64,000 bases of DNA, taken from contig JAQGDQ010000128.1 in assembly GCA_030141605.1 (NCBI GenBank), positions 248,001 to 312,000 of the forward strand. Reading direction: 5' to 3'. The position numbers were made by a program, and so were the translations under genes. A model generated the notes under the pieces. It did not search any database, was not told the DNA's origin, and saw nothing but the letters and a program-made list of their open reading frames with translations. This document shows, one piece after another, positions 15,201 through 29,500 of the stretch; the stretch's first letter is position 1, and each line of letters starts with the position of its first letter. The DNA comes from Tubiluchus corallicola. Its lineage: Eukaryota > Animalia > Priapulida.

Positions 15201-16901
15201 GCACATTGGTAGTAAGCAGGGCGAGCTCGGCAATTTGTTAACAAATTACTGCACCAAAGTCATGGTTGGTATTTTATGTAGTCACACTGACTTTGGATAT
15301 ATTCCTACATAACAAATGTTATGTATATGCATATACTTACCATTGTTAGAAAAAGAGGTAAAATAAAAGCTTGCATCAAACCATGCCATCGAAATCCAAG
15401 CCATTCAAACAAACTGTGTTTCTGCAAACAGTCCGTAAGTGTTCATTTATACAAAAAACTAAGCACGAAGTTACAATAAAATGACAGGAATTTACTTGCA
15501 ATACTATGCCACGTAAGCCAACACGACACTAGAGCTCCAAAAAAAGTTCTGTATAAAAGATTTAAAACCTGCTACACAGTAAAAAATTAAAGTAGACATA
15601 AATATATGCATAGGAAAATTAAAAGGAATAATCATATGGTCCTAACTGTTATGGCAACCGATTTTCCTTATAAATCTCAAACTGTTTACATAATCATTTT
15701 AAGTGCAAATTACCTGAAACACTTGAGGATACCATGGCAGTGCAAACACAAACAGATAAACTGGAGCTATACACGAGATAATGACTACACTCAAGAACCT
15801 CTTCTTGATAGTATCTGGATGGTCTCTGCAAACAAGCAAAAATTTGGTAGTTGTAGTACACTAACTGTCAATCAAAGAACCTTAACACATTTTGTGATAT
15901 GAAAAGTCAATAGATTTGCACACCACAGTTGACAAAGCGCACACATCGAAAAGATTTTTAAACATTTTTGCCATACTTCTTTCAAAATAAATCCGCAATA
16001 AAATTACTATCTGTGACAAATTAACATTTGGTCTGCCTGGGGTTTGCATTCTTGTTGGCTTAGCAATGGGCATAGAAGCCTATGACTTTTGCGCGCAACT
16101 CTGAGTGAAAAGCACAGTGCACCAAATAAAAAACATATGGAAAGTAGCTAAGTTAAGCTCGAAAGCACAATATGGCACTGTATATGATAGCGTAAGGTAA
16201 AGAGCAAAAGTCAGATAGCGCCAGTATTCCTTGATTTTTTTAACGTTCAGGTAAAACCTGTGCAAATCTAACCAGCTAACCGGAAGTTAGATTTGCGGTA
16301 ATGGGCATTAGTACAAATGTTTAGGCGAACGGATTTGGGGATTCATGTCGAAATTCTAGCCCTGTCTTTGATACGAAAGTATATAAGCTTTGAACTAGAG
16401 ACCCTCCGTGTGGCCATGACTATTGCATATCAAGTGAAACACCTACATTTTAGACAGTAACTGCCTGCAAATCAGTAACACTGATAAACTTTATTTCTCT
16501 CACACTTATTAGCCGTTTCCTACTCCTACTAGAAATAAGTAGATCTTCTGAAAAATGTCTCGGTGAAAATGTCATTTCAGAATAGCAATCTAGGCCTAAT
16601 ATGTCGTCACAGTCGTCCTCGACAAATTTGACACGAAGGGTAAGACTCAGTCTGTGCCAAAACTCGATGTTGAATTAAGTTTAATTTCTTTACCAGGCAT
16701 TGGATTTCTTTTATTCCAGTTATTTTGTTGTTAAAATTCTTGAAATTAAATATTACTTCCATATCAATAATAACCTAACCTATTTTCCTTTGTCTTCCAT
16801 ACATATAAACTTCCTACATAACTAAATGCTAAAATAAGACAATGAAAAATTGCCCACAATGAAGAGCAATCAATTAAATCACCACAGCCGGACGCTGCCA
16901 T
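9230..16901 (-). CDS. RCE1: CAAX prenyl protease 2 (Ras converting enzyme 1), 9 exons, 292 aa
   Basis: Exons 16901-16780 (MAASGCG...YVGSLYVWKTKENR), 15825-15714 (DHPDTIKKRFLSV), 15421-15341, 13964-13904, 13553-13495 (WLRNHVV), 11764-11656 (APFSEEFIFRACMLPLL...PLFFGI), 11347-11276 (AHFHH), 10170-10108 (FQFCYTTVFGAYSAFLFLRT), 9429-9230 (GHLMAPFIAHSFCNHMGFP). Total 879 nt, in frame, all GT-AG. Catalytic EExxxR, FxxxH and HxxxN motifs are intact. Confidence 0.97.
12160..13340 (+). mobile_element. Decayed LINE (CR1/L2-clade) reverse-transcriptase relic in RCE1 intron, antisense to RCE1
   Basis: Frameshifted fragments read FPQIRKKANV...NY*PISLVPYLSDVLERVIYKYLYNF...NNLIASRNSGF...TVYQLLFITH...FLDISKA, matching RT-upstream motifs YRPISL and LDxSKAFD. 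Ends at an AATAAA-type tail near 13335. Confidence 0.75.
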
Positions 16902-16992
16902 GATGCCTTTTAAGTTTTAATGTCCGCCCAGACCTAACTAACCCAACGCAAGTCTTTTCAAGTCCGATTCGTTGACTAGTGTCGTTTCTTAT

Positions 16993-17184
16993 GGTGCGTT
17001 CAGACGTAGAGACTGCTCCTGCAATTTGTTGCGCAGCTTCTCCCTGAGAGATAAGTTACCAAGCCGTTCACACGTTGCAACAAGTTGCGAGAGAAGTTGC
17101 CAAACCGTTCACACATTACAACTTTACTCCCAGAGAGAAGTTGCGCAACAAATTGCAGGAGCAGTCTCTACGTCTGAATGTACC
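16993..17184. mobile_element. PIF/Harbinger-type MITE with ~58-bp near-perfect TIRs
   Basis: GGTGCGTTCAGACGTAGAGACTGCTCCTGCAATTTGTTGCGCAGCTTCTC... and its inverse ...GAGAAGTTGCGCAACAAATTGCAGGAGCAGTCTCTACGTCTGAATGTACC. Flanks are TAT and TAC, an imperfect 3-bp TSD. CCGTTCACAC occurs twice internally. Confidence 0.85.
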
Positions 17185-18698
17185 TACGTCTTAGACTTGA
17201 AATAAATAATCAAGCGTAATAGATTGACAACTAAAAATGGTATGAATTGATAATAAAAACAAGATAATACTGTGACCAAACTAAGATTTCTAAAGTGCAG
17301 TAAATTTATTTCATATAATTAGAGGTACAATTAATTAGAGGCACTACCAGATATAGCCCATATAATTCTGCCTCTACAAAAACAACGACTGATAACCATG
17401 CAGAACAATTTATTACATCAAAATGTTTCTTATCGAATAAACAGAGTATCTATCATGCCCTCAATATTTAGTGTGGAAGCTTTGCTCTTCTCGCACAGCC
17501 TGCTTGCTGTCAATGCAGCTCTAGAGTTAAAGAGCACGCACTCTTGAAGGGCGCATTATCATCTGAGACTCTGGATGGAATGGACGAATGGATCACAGTA
17601 GAGTTCACATAAATTGAGATCCGTCAATACATATAGCAGACGTCTCATATAACCTATTATACCAGGTTAATTATGCCACACCGCTGCCTTGAATTGTGTG
17701 ACTTTGTGTGTGCGTAAAATTACATTTAAACTAAACTTGTGTCAGTAAAACTCATTCTTAATTTTGAGATGACCGCCATGTAATATTAAATTTAGACAAT
17801 TGAACATCTGTTCGAATTCTACTTTAGTGTGAATGGGGGCTAGTGATCGAGGGCCCCAATTTATACAGTCATACGCACAACATTTTCACTGCATTTTGAA
17901 AAGGTTTTCAAAAATGGGTTGAGTGTAAAATCAAAGCTTGGAAATGGTTTTAATAGTATCATAGCAACGTTTGTGAAAATGGTCTGTATAAAAAAATGCT
18001 GCACACCGCAAGTCAAAATGATACAATACATCACGTGTGTCACAGTACTAAATAATCAGTCATTCATAGAAAAATACTAGACCATAGTGATGCTAGCTAA
18101 AAACATTGACATCAGCTGCTTTTGCTGTTAGTACCGATTCAGAGGCAATTTAGTTGCGAATTTATACACTTGGTACTTGGTAAGGGCATACTTGCAAACT
18201 GCCTATTATGGACCAAACAGACTGAATCAGTTTAAAAAAACGATGTGTTTAGCGAGTTTAAAGAAACTTGATAAACAAGTTGTGACTCATCTGAACTAAG
18301 AGTCGGCGCAACACTCTGTGCTACTTTACTGCCGTGCGTCAATAACGACGATCATAGCGACAAAACTACGCAGTACGCACACCAGTAGCATGTAATTGGA
18401 CTACAGCTACTGTCACGGTCTGCTAAATGAGTATCCCAGTGTGTGTTACACGCGTCGCGCTTGTTCGCCGGTTCACGCTCAGCCTAACCAGAATCTGATC
18501 GAGCCAAGTTGCAGATTAATTGCATAATAGGCTGAATGGGAAAACTTTCTTTGGTGTAAATGTGCTAGTAGTTGTGTAGAGCTCATAGTAACAAGTCAGC
18601 AAGCCACTTGGCTTGTAAAATGTCCTGTTTTTGCAGTTAAATGTGGGTCAGTTGTTTGTTCGTGGTGCTCTTTAAATGTAAATGATGCCTTGACAACA

Positions 18699-21373
<2,675 letters not shown>

Positions 21374-23547
21374 AGCATCCATGGTTGTGGAGGAGTAATG
21401 ATTTCTAGGATGAGCCCGCAAGTCACAGAACGACTCGTGCCTGAGGCAAAATACAATAACACAAAGCACAACAGGCAAAAAAAATTGCCTTTGAACTGTA
21501 TTGAAACTCGTACTGAAACAGCGTAACGTGTTAATATAACTCTTAACTGCCCAAGACCATAAAAATTATTCTATGTGCATGAAAAAGTTTGCTAAGTTTC
21601 GAGTCAATTTTCATGTCATGCCTGATGATATCTGTACTATACTCGTACGTTGCTATATATTTTATTTGCTAATTGGTTTGGAGAGTTTTATTGACTGTAC
21701 AATGTGCTTAACATTACGTTTATCTTGGCGTGTATTGCATAATCAATGATAATCTAAATGTAATTATGAGTTATAATTATAACCCTAGGTCTTTTACCGC
21801 CATTAAATCTTAAAAATTAACTGTGAGAGTTGTGTAAGTAAATACATGTAGTTATGTTACGTGTAAATAATTAAGAGGTGTGATTAGTCAAATATAATTA
21901 TCATTTTTTACATATTTTACATTAGTTTCTTCTACCATGAGAAAATATTCTCAGATGGTTGGCTACGCAAAAAGAAAGCAGAGTAAAATTTATTCATCAG
22001 CAAAAGTGACACTGATGATTCGTGTTTGTGGGGCAGGTGCTCTACCATTATTTTAGGCAGTAAGCTGGAGAAGCAACATGCTGTAGCTGACCAAACTAAA
22101 AAAATCTACAAGTTTCATTATTAATTTAAAAATATCATTTGTACTACTGCCTAATCTTTTCATTAGTTTGTAATGCAATGACAGAGTCATGCAAGATTGC
22201 TCTTGTACAGTATGTTTATTGTGCTTTCTCCATCGTGTAACGTATAGCTTATTTAATTTTTGAACAGGCCAATGTAAGTCATATAATGAACGTAATCAAA
22301 ACACGTAGTAGCAAATTAAGCTGCTAAGTGTATATCATATTAACCAAAATAATCACATCGATCAGTTTGCTATGATCGAATGCCTATTACATTTAGCTAT
22401 TGCAGGTGCTTTTTTCAGAAAACTCCTGTAACAAAGAAATCTTTTAAAATACAAAGATACAACTGTAACCCTGTAAATACTAGCTACCAACAGTACTGGG
22501 GAGGACAGGCTGTTCGAACACTGGAAAATAGGGAGTACGCGAGTACGTGACTCAGTCACGCATATATACATTGTATATCTATGCAGCCCTATAAATTATG
22601 TCGTGCGGCAGAATAAAATTATGGAAATCCTCGTCCCACAGTTGCCAAACACCTAAAGTTTTAATAAGAAAAGGTCATCATTTTCCTGAATACGATCGTA
22701 TAATAAAGCTGGAACCAAACATGCTAATTTAGCGTGTTGCTGAATGCATAATAAATTATTAGGATGGATTTTGCAAAAGATACATCAAAAAAGCTTACCT
22801 TACAATAATTGGTATCAATTTTGATATTGATAATCATACCCATATTAAACAGTAATTTAGCCATTTATTTGATCTGTTCGTTTTCGAGTCGGCAGCTAAT
22901 AATTATGTAAACAACGCACTTTACGTCGGTTTCTTTTAAAGCATACCAAGCAACTTAATGAATAGTATTTATAACACTGATCCTATTAAGAAGACCTATA
23001 ATAGGTGCTATTAATAAAAGAATGTTTATTCATGTGCCCTAACAAGCCTTCTCTTAATGTAAAGTAGTTCCTTAACTTTGTTTTCAAACACCTATATTTT
23101 TTACTGTACTATACTTTTTCTACGAGCCTGTTTCACTGCATCTTTGGCTTCCAAAATGCAAAACAAATGTCTGTACTGTACTGTGCCTGTAAAACTGGTT
23201 GTTGTTTGGTAATCTATCACACCGAAGAGTACTGCTACATTCTGCAGTGGAAACGTTTTGGCTGATTTTTAATATTTAACGTTTTAGTAAGAGTTATATT
23301 TTCAGATCAGATACTACATAATTATGCTCCTATAAAGACGCAGATAACATTATTATTAGAGCAGTTCAGATTTCGCGATTACAGGCCTTCACACAGGCAG
23401 GCATAATCATAAGTAATATAACTTTGGATGGCTGGTTTTTTTGGAGCCTATACTTTAAAACATCTTCGCTTTCCCAAACACATAACTTTTGAAGTTGTAT
23501 GATTCATGTAAAATGCGCAAGGCTTCTGCAGATGTTTTAGGTTGGAT

Positions 23548-26500
23548 ATGCCTGGAAGTGTAAAGTCTGGCGGTTCAACAAGCATGTGTCATGGTTGGAA
23601 TAACGCTATTATAGTATTTTTAAATATTTTAGTTTTTAAATCTGTATATATATCTGCAAACGATTCTTCAGACTTAAGAATTGATGATCTTCTACTAACT
23701 AGAGAGAAAAGTACACATGGAAATGTGTTTATGGAGAAGAAACTGGATCCAGAAGTTTTTATGAATGCTGTATGTTTACTCTCAGTTTGATTACTACTAG
23801 TCTTTACTAAACCAATTCGGGGGTAAACTTGGCGTGCAGTAGAGTTATCAGTAGCGGTACCGTGACAAAATAATTTTTGCTTTTGTTATCCTGTATAATA
23901 AATATCTATCGAAATTGGTAATCAATGCTAATTAACTTTTCACACCGAAACACTGTTTATTTGGTTTATTATTACAATGATTAAATTTTACATTAGCCAC
24001 CAGTTTCTGTAAACAAAAATTTAAACTGTTTTATTGGAATTCTTTAAACTGAAACAACTTATAAATTTATTAGTTTGTATAACATGACAATTCTTAAAGT
24101 ATAGTGCAATACATCTTCTCAATAAAACAGTTTGAAAACACTAAGTTAATCTACATCATTTCACTCTCTACTTTCTGCTGGCTGCTGCTTTTCATTTTTA
24201 CAAACTTGTTACCTTGTAGATTGAAATTCATGTTAAAAAATAATAGTACAGATAGCATTGTTTTATGTCACACAACCGCAAAAGTATTGAATACATTAAT
24301 ATTTGATTAGGTTTTTTATTTTGGTTCTAGTTTTACAAGTATGATTCGAGTTCAGTTCATGCAAACTAATAAAGTCACGCTCTCACTTATTTTAATAGTC
24401 TAATTGGCTATTGCCTAATAAAGCTTGTATTTTAGAATTTAGGAGAATTAGGAGTATAGATCACATAATAAATCTTTCGATAAGTGAATCAGTCGAACAA
24501 ACTAGAAATATTGTACAGTTAATTTGATATGAGTGTGTGGCTTGTTGCTTGCGTTTTTAAAGCATTTTGATCTATTCTATAGTTCTATGCTCACTGTTAT
24601 GAGCTTATGCCTTGTCAGTTGTCAAGCAAACTGATATAGTTTTTAATTCTTAACAAGCATCAGTTGGTGTTAGTTATACTGTACGTAATTTGTGCCGAAA
24701 GTTAAAGGCCCATGCTGTTTTTATAAATTTACTAACTCATCATTGCTCACCATCCATATACAGAAAGATGGAGGTCTAAGGAAAAAACAGATAATGTTTT
24801 GCACACTTGTTTTAAAATTGTATAGAGGCCTATAAAATATGCATGTTTCTTACCTTGATTTGAATATATAGATGACTTCTTCATATTATCATGTCTACTG
24901 TTCAAGTTTTTATATGTTTTTTCATTTTTAGTCTGAGTTGATAACTAGTAAAGGTTATCCGTGTGAGGCACATAATATTGTAACAAATGATGGATATATA
25001 CTAGGTAAGCATGTGAAATTGTGCATGGTGTCTCTCTTTCTATGCTAGCTGTGAATCATAGTTATAGTGGAACTAAGATATTGAAGTAAGTTTTTTATTG
25101 CGTGTTTTTTTTGAGTTAATACATTTATAAGTATAATATATTTTGGTTTTACTGAAACAGACTTCTAATTTCTAAGTAACCTAAACATGCAAGATAAACT
25201 AAATATTTACTGGTCAGTGACTCTTGTCTTGTTCAGTATTTGTGTTATTGTTTTTATCTTACTTTTTGAATACTTGGTGCCCAGTTCTGAAATAGGTGTA
25301 CCTATTTACAAACTGTGGCTTTATGCAATAGATTGGTTTTAACTTTGGTTGCATGGTTAGAAATGTACTAAATGATTTTCCTTTATTTGTTGTCACTACT
25401 CATTTTCGTACCATTTTTAAGGTTTACAAAGGATTCCTCATGGAAGAAATGAAGTTAACCATTCAACCAATCGGCCAGTGGTGTTTTTGCAACATGGCCT
25501 CCTCTGTAGTTCCACAAATTGGCTGACAAATTTGGAAAATGAAAGTTTAGGTAAGATTTTCCTGATGTAAAAAAAACTGAACATGTTGCTAATCATGTAT
25601 GGCTTACATACGTGCATCACCTCTTAATGTACAGGCGTGCTTTGGTAGTCAAAGTGCATAAATGTGGAAAAACCTAGGTGCTGGTATCTGTTCAATTTTT
25701 GACATTTTGCTGCTGTTAATAAGGCTTTTATAAATACACGCAGTGTTTGCGAGTGATCATCATAAGTAAGTAAGTAAATTATTTATTGCTTTTACAAAAA
25801 ATAGGGCATGTAACAATAACATAATTAGATACAAGAGTAAGAAATGATTTATATAAACAAAATTTGATTATAACAATATAATGTTGGTTGGTGAGTGTGT
25901 TTGACTGTTATAATAGTGCTATGAAGGTGGCAAACGAAAATGTGCTGCCATCCAACATCGGCACTGAAAAATAAAGTGTGACAATATGGTTAGACCTACT
26001 TATTTTCAAGCTTTTTGACTTCAGTTTGTTTGTTGCATTAAGCTTTAGACTAAATCAGGTAGCACTATAACTTAGGCAGTGATGTAGTGAAGACTGGCTG
26101 CTACATTAATTGTAACTAAAGCGCTTTCGGTACCCTGATAGTTAGATATCCAATTCGATGCTGATATACATGCACTACTACATTGTTCAAAAGTATTCTA
26201 TTAACGAAAACTAAGTGGAAACCAAGGTTTACGTTTTTTATACCGCAACTCAAAATAGAACTTCACATAACTTTCTCATTCAAAAGAGTCATATTATGAC
26301 TGCTACAGAAAAATTGTGTAGTGACTGAACTCTGTATTCTATAGGGCTCACATGAGAGTCGTAGTTAAGATGCATTGATGGGTATAAACAACCTTTGACG
26401 TCAAGCAACTGCATGTGTGTGTAGCAAAACTGTGAAAAGGCTTAATCATTCAGTACCAAACCAAAACAGCGTTATTTACATCTGCCAACTGAAAGAGGAG

Positions 26501-29500
26501 GCACGAAGTCCGAAGTTGAAACAGTATAACCAGTAGGAGTAGAATCAGGAAACTAGACAATTGATTTAAAACAGGGACTGAGGCTCTTAGAAGACCTTTA
26601 AATTCCATTACATATTCACCTATTTCAGAGCATTTACTTAATTTAGGGCACTCGGCTACACTAATCAGTTTCCGAATACATCATAAAAGTGATATTCTGA
26701 GAGGGTTGTTTTATACATATAGATATGTAGGTAGGTAGGTAGGTAGGCAGGCGGGCAGGGAGGGAGGGAGATAGGTAGGTGGGTAGGTAGATACGTATTG
26801 CTAGTTTGTATTCATTACTGAATTATACCTGTGCATTGTAAAAAGTGTTTTGCTACATGATTGATACAAAATACTTCTCTAAATTAGTATGTAAATTGTT
26901 AACCCATCATTATTATTTTCAGCTTACCTGTTAGCTAATGAAGGATTTGATGTTTGGTTGGGAAATGTTCGTGGAAACACATATTCAACAAGTCATACCC
27001 ATCTGGACCCTACCTCTAGGAAATTTTGGGATTTCTCGTATGCATTTTACCTGCCATATTACGCTGTACTTTTCTGAAATTTGTTCTATGTATTCTACAA
27101 GAAACTACATTTTTTTATATTTTAATCAAAGACTTATATTTTCATTAAGTTTTTGCAAATCATTGGCCATTTAGCGATGAACTATTGTAATGTAGATGAT
27201 GTCTTTCCTCACTGACAGTTTTCTCATTTAATAACAAATCTTGTTTTAATACTTGACTGTGTTCTAGATAAGGCAGTAGTAGCAAATTTAAAATCTGATG
27301 TTTTTGCTGTGGGTTAGTATATGTTTAACTGGTCCTGAATCTTTAGGTTAGTCTAAAAATGATTACAAAATATTTTACATTACAATAACTTAGTTTCCTC
27401 TTTGTTTAAACAGAAGGTGATGTAGAAATATGTACAGTCAAATTTTTAGTATTTCATTTACAAATTAGGCACTAGTTATTCCTTATTAAGATGCCAATAC
27501 AATAACTTGATAACTTAATTCACATGACTTCCTTGACTTTATTAAATATTTTTCACTTAAGAAGGCATTACTATCATTGGGGGGATTTATTAGTTTTTAT
27601 TTATTATCTATTGTCTCGTTAGTTTTTGTAACTATATGGAGTGACCGTGATACGCTCATATCTCAGTTTGCCGCACAAAAGCGGGGAGACTTCAGTCCGA
27701 ATTTGCCGATTGTCCGTATTTACCGATACTAAGCTAGTACAGTATGACGGTAGACTCACGGTAATATAGAATCAATCGCCTAATTGTTTCTAAAATGTCT
27801 AGTACGGGCACTCCTATGCACAAGTATATAAAAACTGTCTGCAGTTGTCTCACATAATTGAGCTTTTACTATTTTTATGTCATCCTACTTCACTTTTGTG
27901 CACTGTTGTCTTACACACTGCTTCGTTATACTAATGTAATGATGTAAACAGAGTGAGGGCCCGCCATAGTATGTGGGATTTTTTAACAGTCCAAATTTTG
28001 TCCGATTCTTACAATATCCATAAAAGCGAGGTCCGGCAAACCGAGATATCAGTGTTACTATTTTTTCATCACAAGTTTTTTATACATAGATCATGAGGCA
28101 CAAAAAAATGTGATGAGGTATTGGTTACAATGTTATAAGAAGAAAGTAACAGGATTGCTTGGAAATAAACACCAAAAATCTTAGATCATTCCCTTAGATT
28201 TTTCCAAAGATACAGAAGCTTTAAATCAACAAATCAAAAAAATAAATGCTGTAAAAAAATTTGTGTCATTGTTAAAATCTACAGCAAGTGCTCTATGTGC
28301 CCATCATTTTCACTGCAAACTATAAATGAAGGTATTTCTTCCAACAGCTGACAGGTTTTCACTTCTTTAAGGTGTATTTGGTCCCAGCACTCAACACTTC
28401 TTATCTTTAGTTGCTTTGCATCAAATGGCTCTGTGCAGCCATTGTACACTTTTTCTTTAAGGGAATTCCAGATACTGTGATCCAGGAAATAAACTCCCAT
28501 TTTTTCTTAGTAACAAATCTTTATCGGTGCTTTGTTTTCTGTGGTGAAGATCATGATGTAAATTGTTTTATTGCCTTGTGGATTCCTGCCATATTTTGAG
28601 TGATTTACACATCAATGTGGCTGCTTTTCACTTGATGATTATAGCTGACATTGTTCCAGCATTTAGTTTTTTTAAAATTCAAAAGTTTTTTTAGCCATAA
28701 GTTTAAAACCACTAAGACTATAAACTTGTAACTTTCCCGGTCAAAAGCTAATGTATTGTAATATCATGTTGTGAGATTTAAACTTTTTAGTGCGTTTGTT
28801 TGTAGCATTATTATCGCCTAAACTTCCGCACATTTTTTCTGTGCCACCCGATATATATACACGTATATTAATATTTTAGATGGGATGAAATGACACAGTA
28901 TGATCTGCCTGCCATGTTAAATTATGCTCTGAAGTTGTCAGGTCGCAAACAGCTTTACTATGTTGGACATTCACAGGGTACTCTAATGGGCTTCACCGGT
29001 TATAGTATTAACCGTGATCTTGCAAAAAAAGTAAGCACTAGAGTTGTAAGGCTGATTAAAGTTACAATCAATGGATTTGTAAATGTTAGAGATTTTATCT
29101 GACAAGCCTCTGCAGTAATAATTTTGAGTTGAGTAGTGCTATTTTCACAGTTTTGTTTTGTCAGTAATTAGAGAATTTTTACTGTACCTTTAAATGTATT
29201 GACCGACATCTTAGTTACCAAATATATATTCTGCTTTTTAGTATTTATTAATTGAAGAGTAGTGTTGTCTATCAGCAGAAAAAATAAAGAGATAGTTAAT
29301 CACCACAATGTTTATTAATACACGCAGTAGGCGCCGCTTTATAGACTCACTTTGAGACCGAAGTGTTTTGATCCAGTTAACTGAATGAGGATATTAACCG
29401 ATGGGTATAGTATTACTGGTATAGAAGTAGGAGTCACCAGCTTATTATGCACTGCAAAGGTTTTTAATGAATTTTGGAAACGAAGTAATGCCTAAATTCC

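Noticed and set aside
17440-17700. Possible SINE-like relic between RCE1 and LC3C
   Set aside because: No identifiable A/B boxes, TSD or tail, so it cannot be supported from sequence alone.
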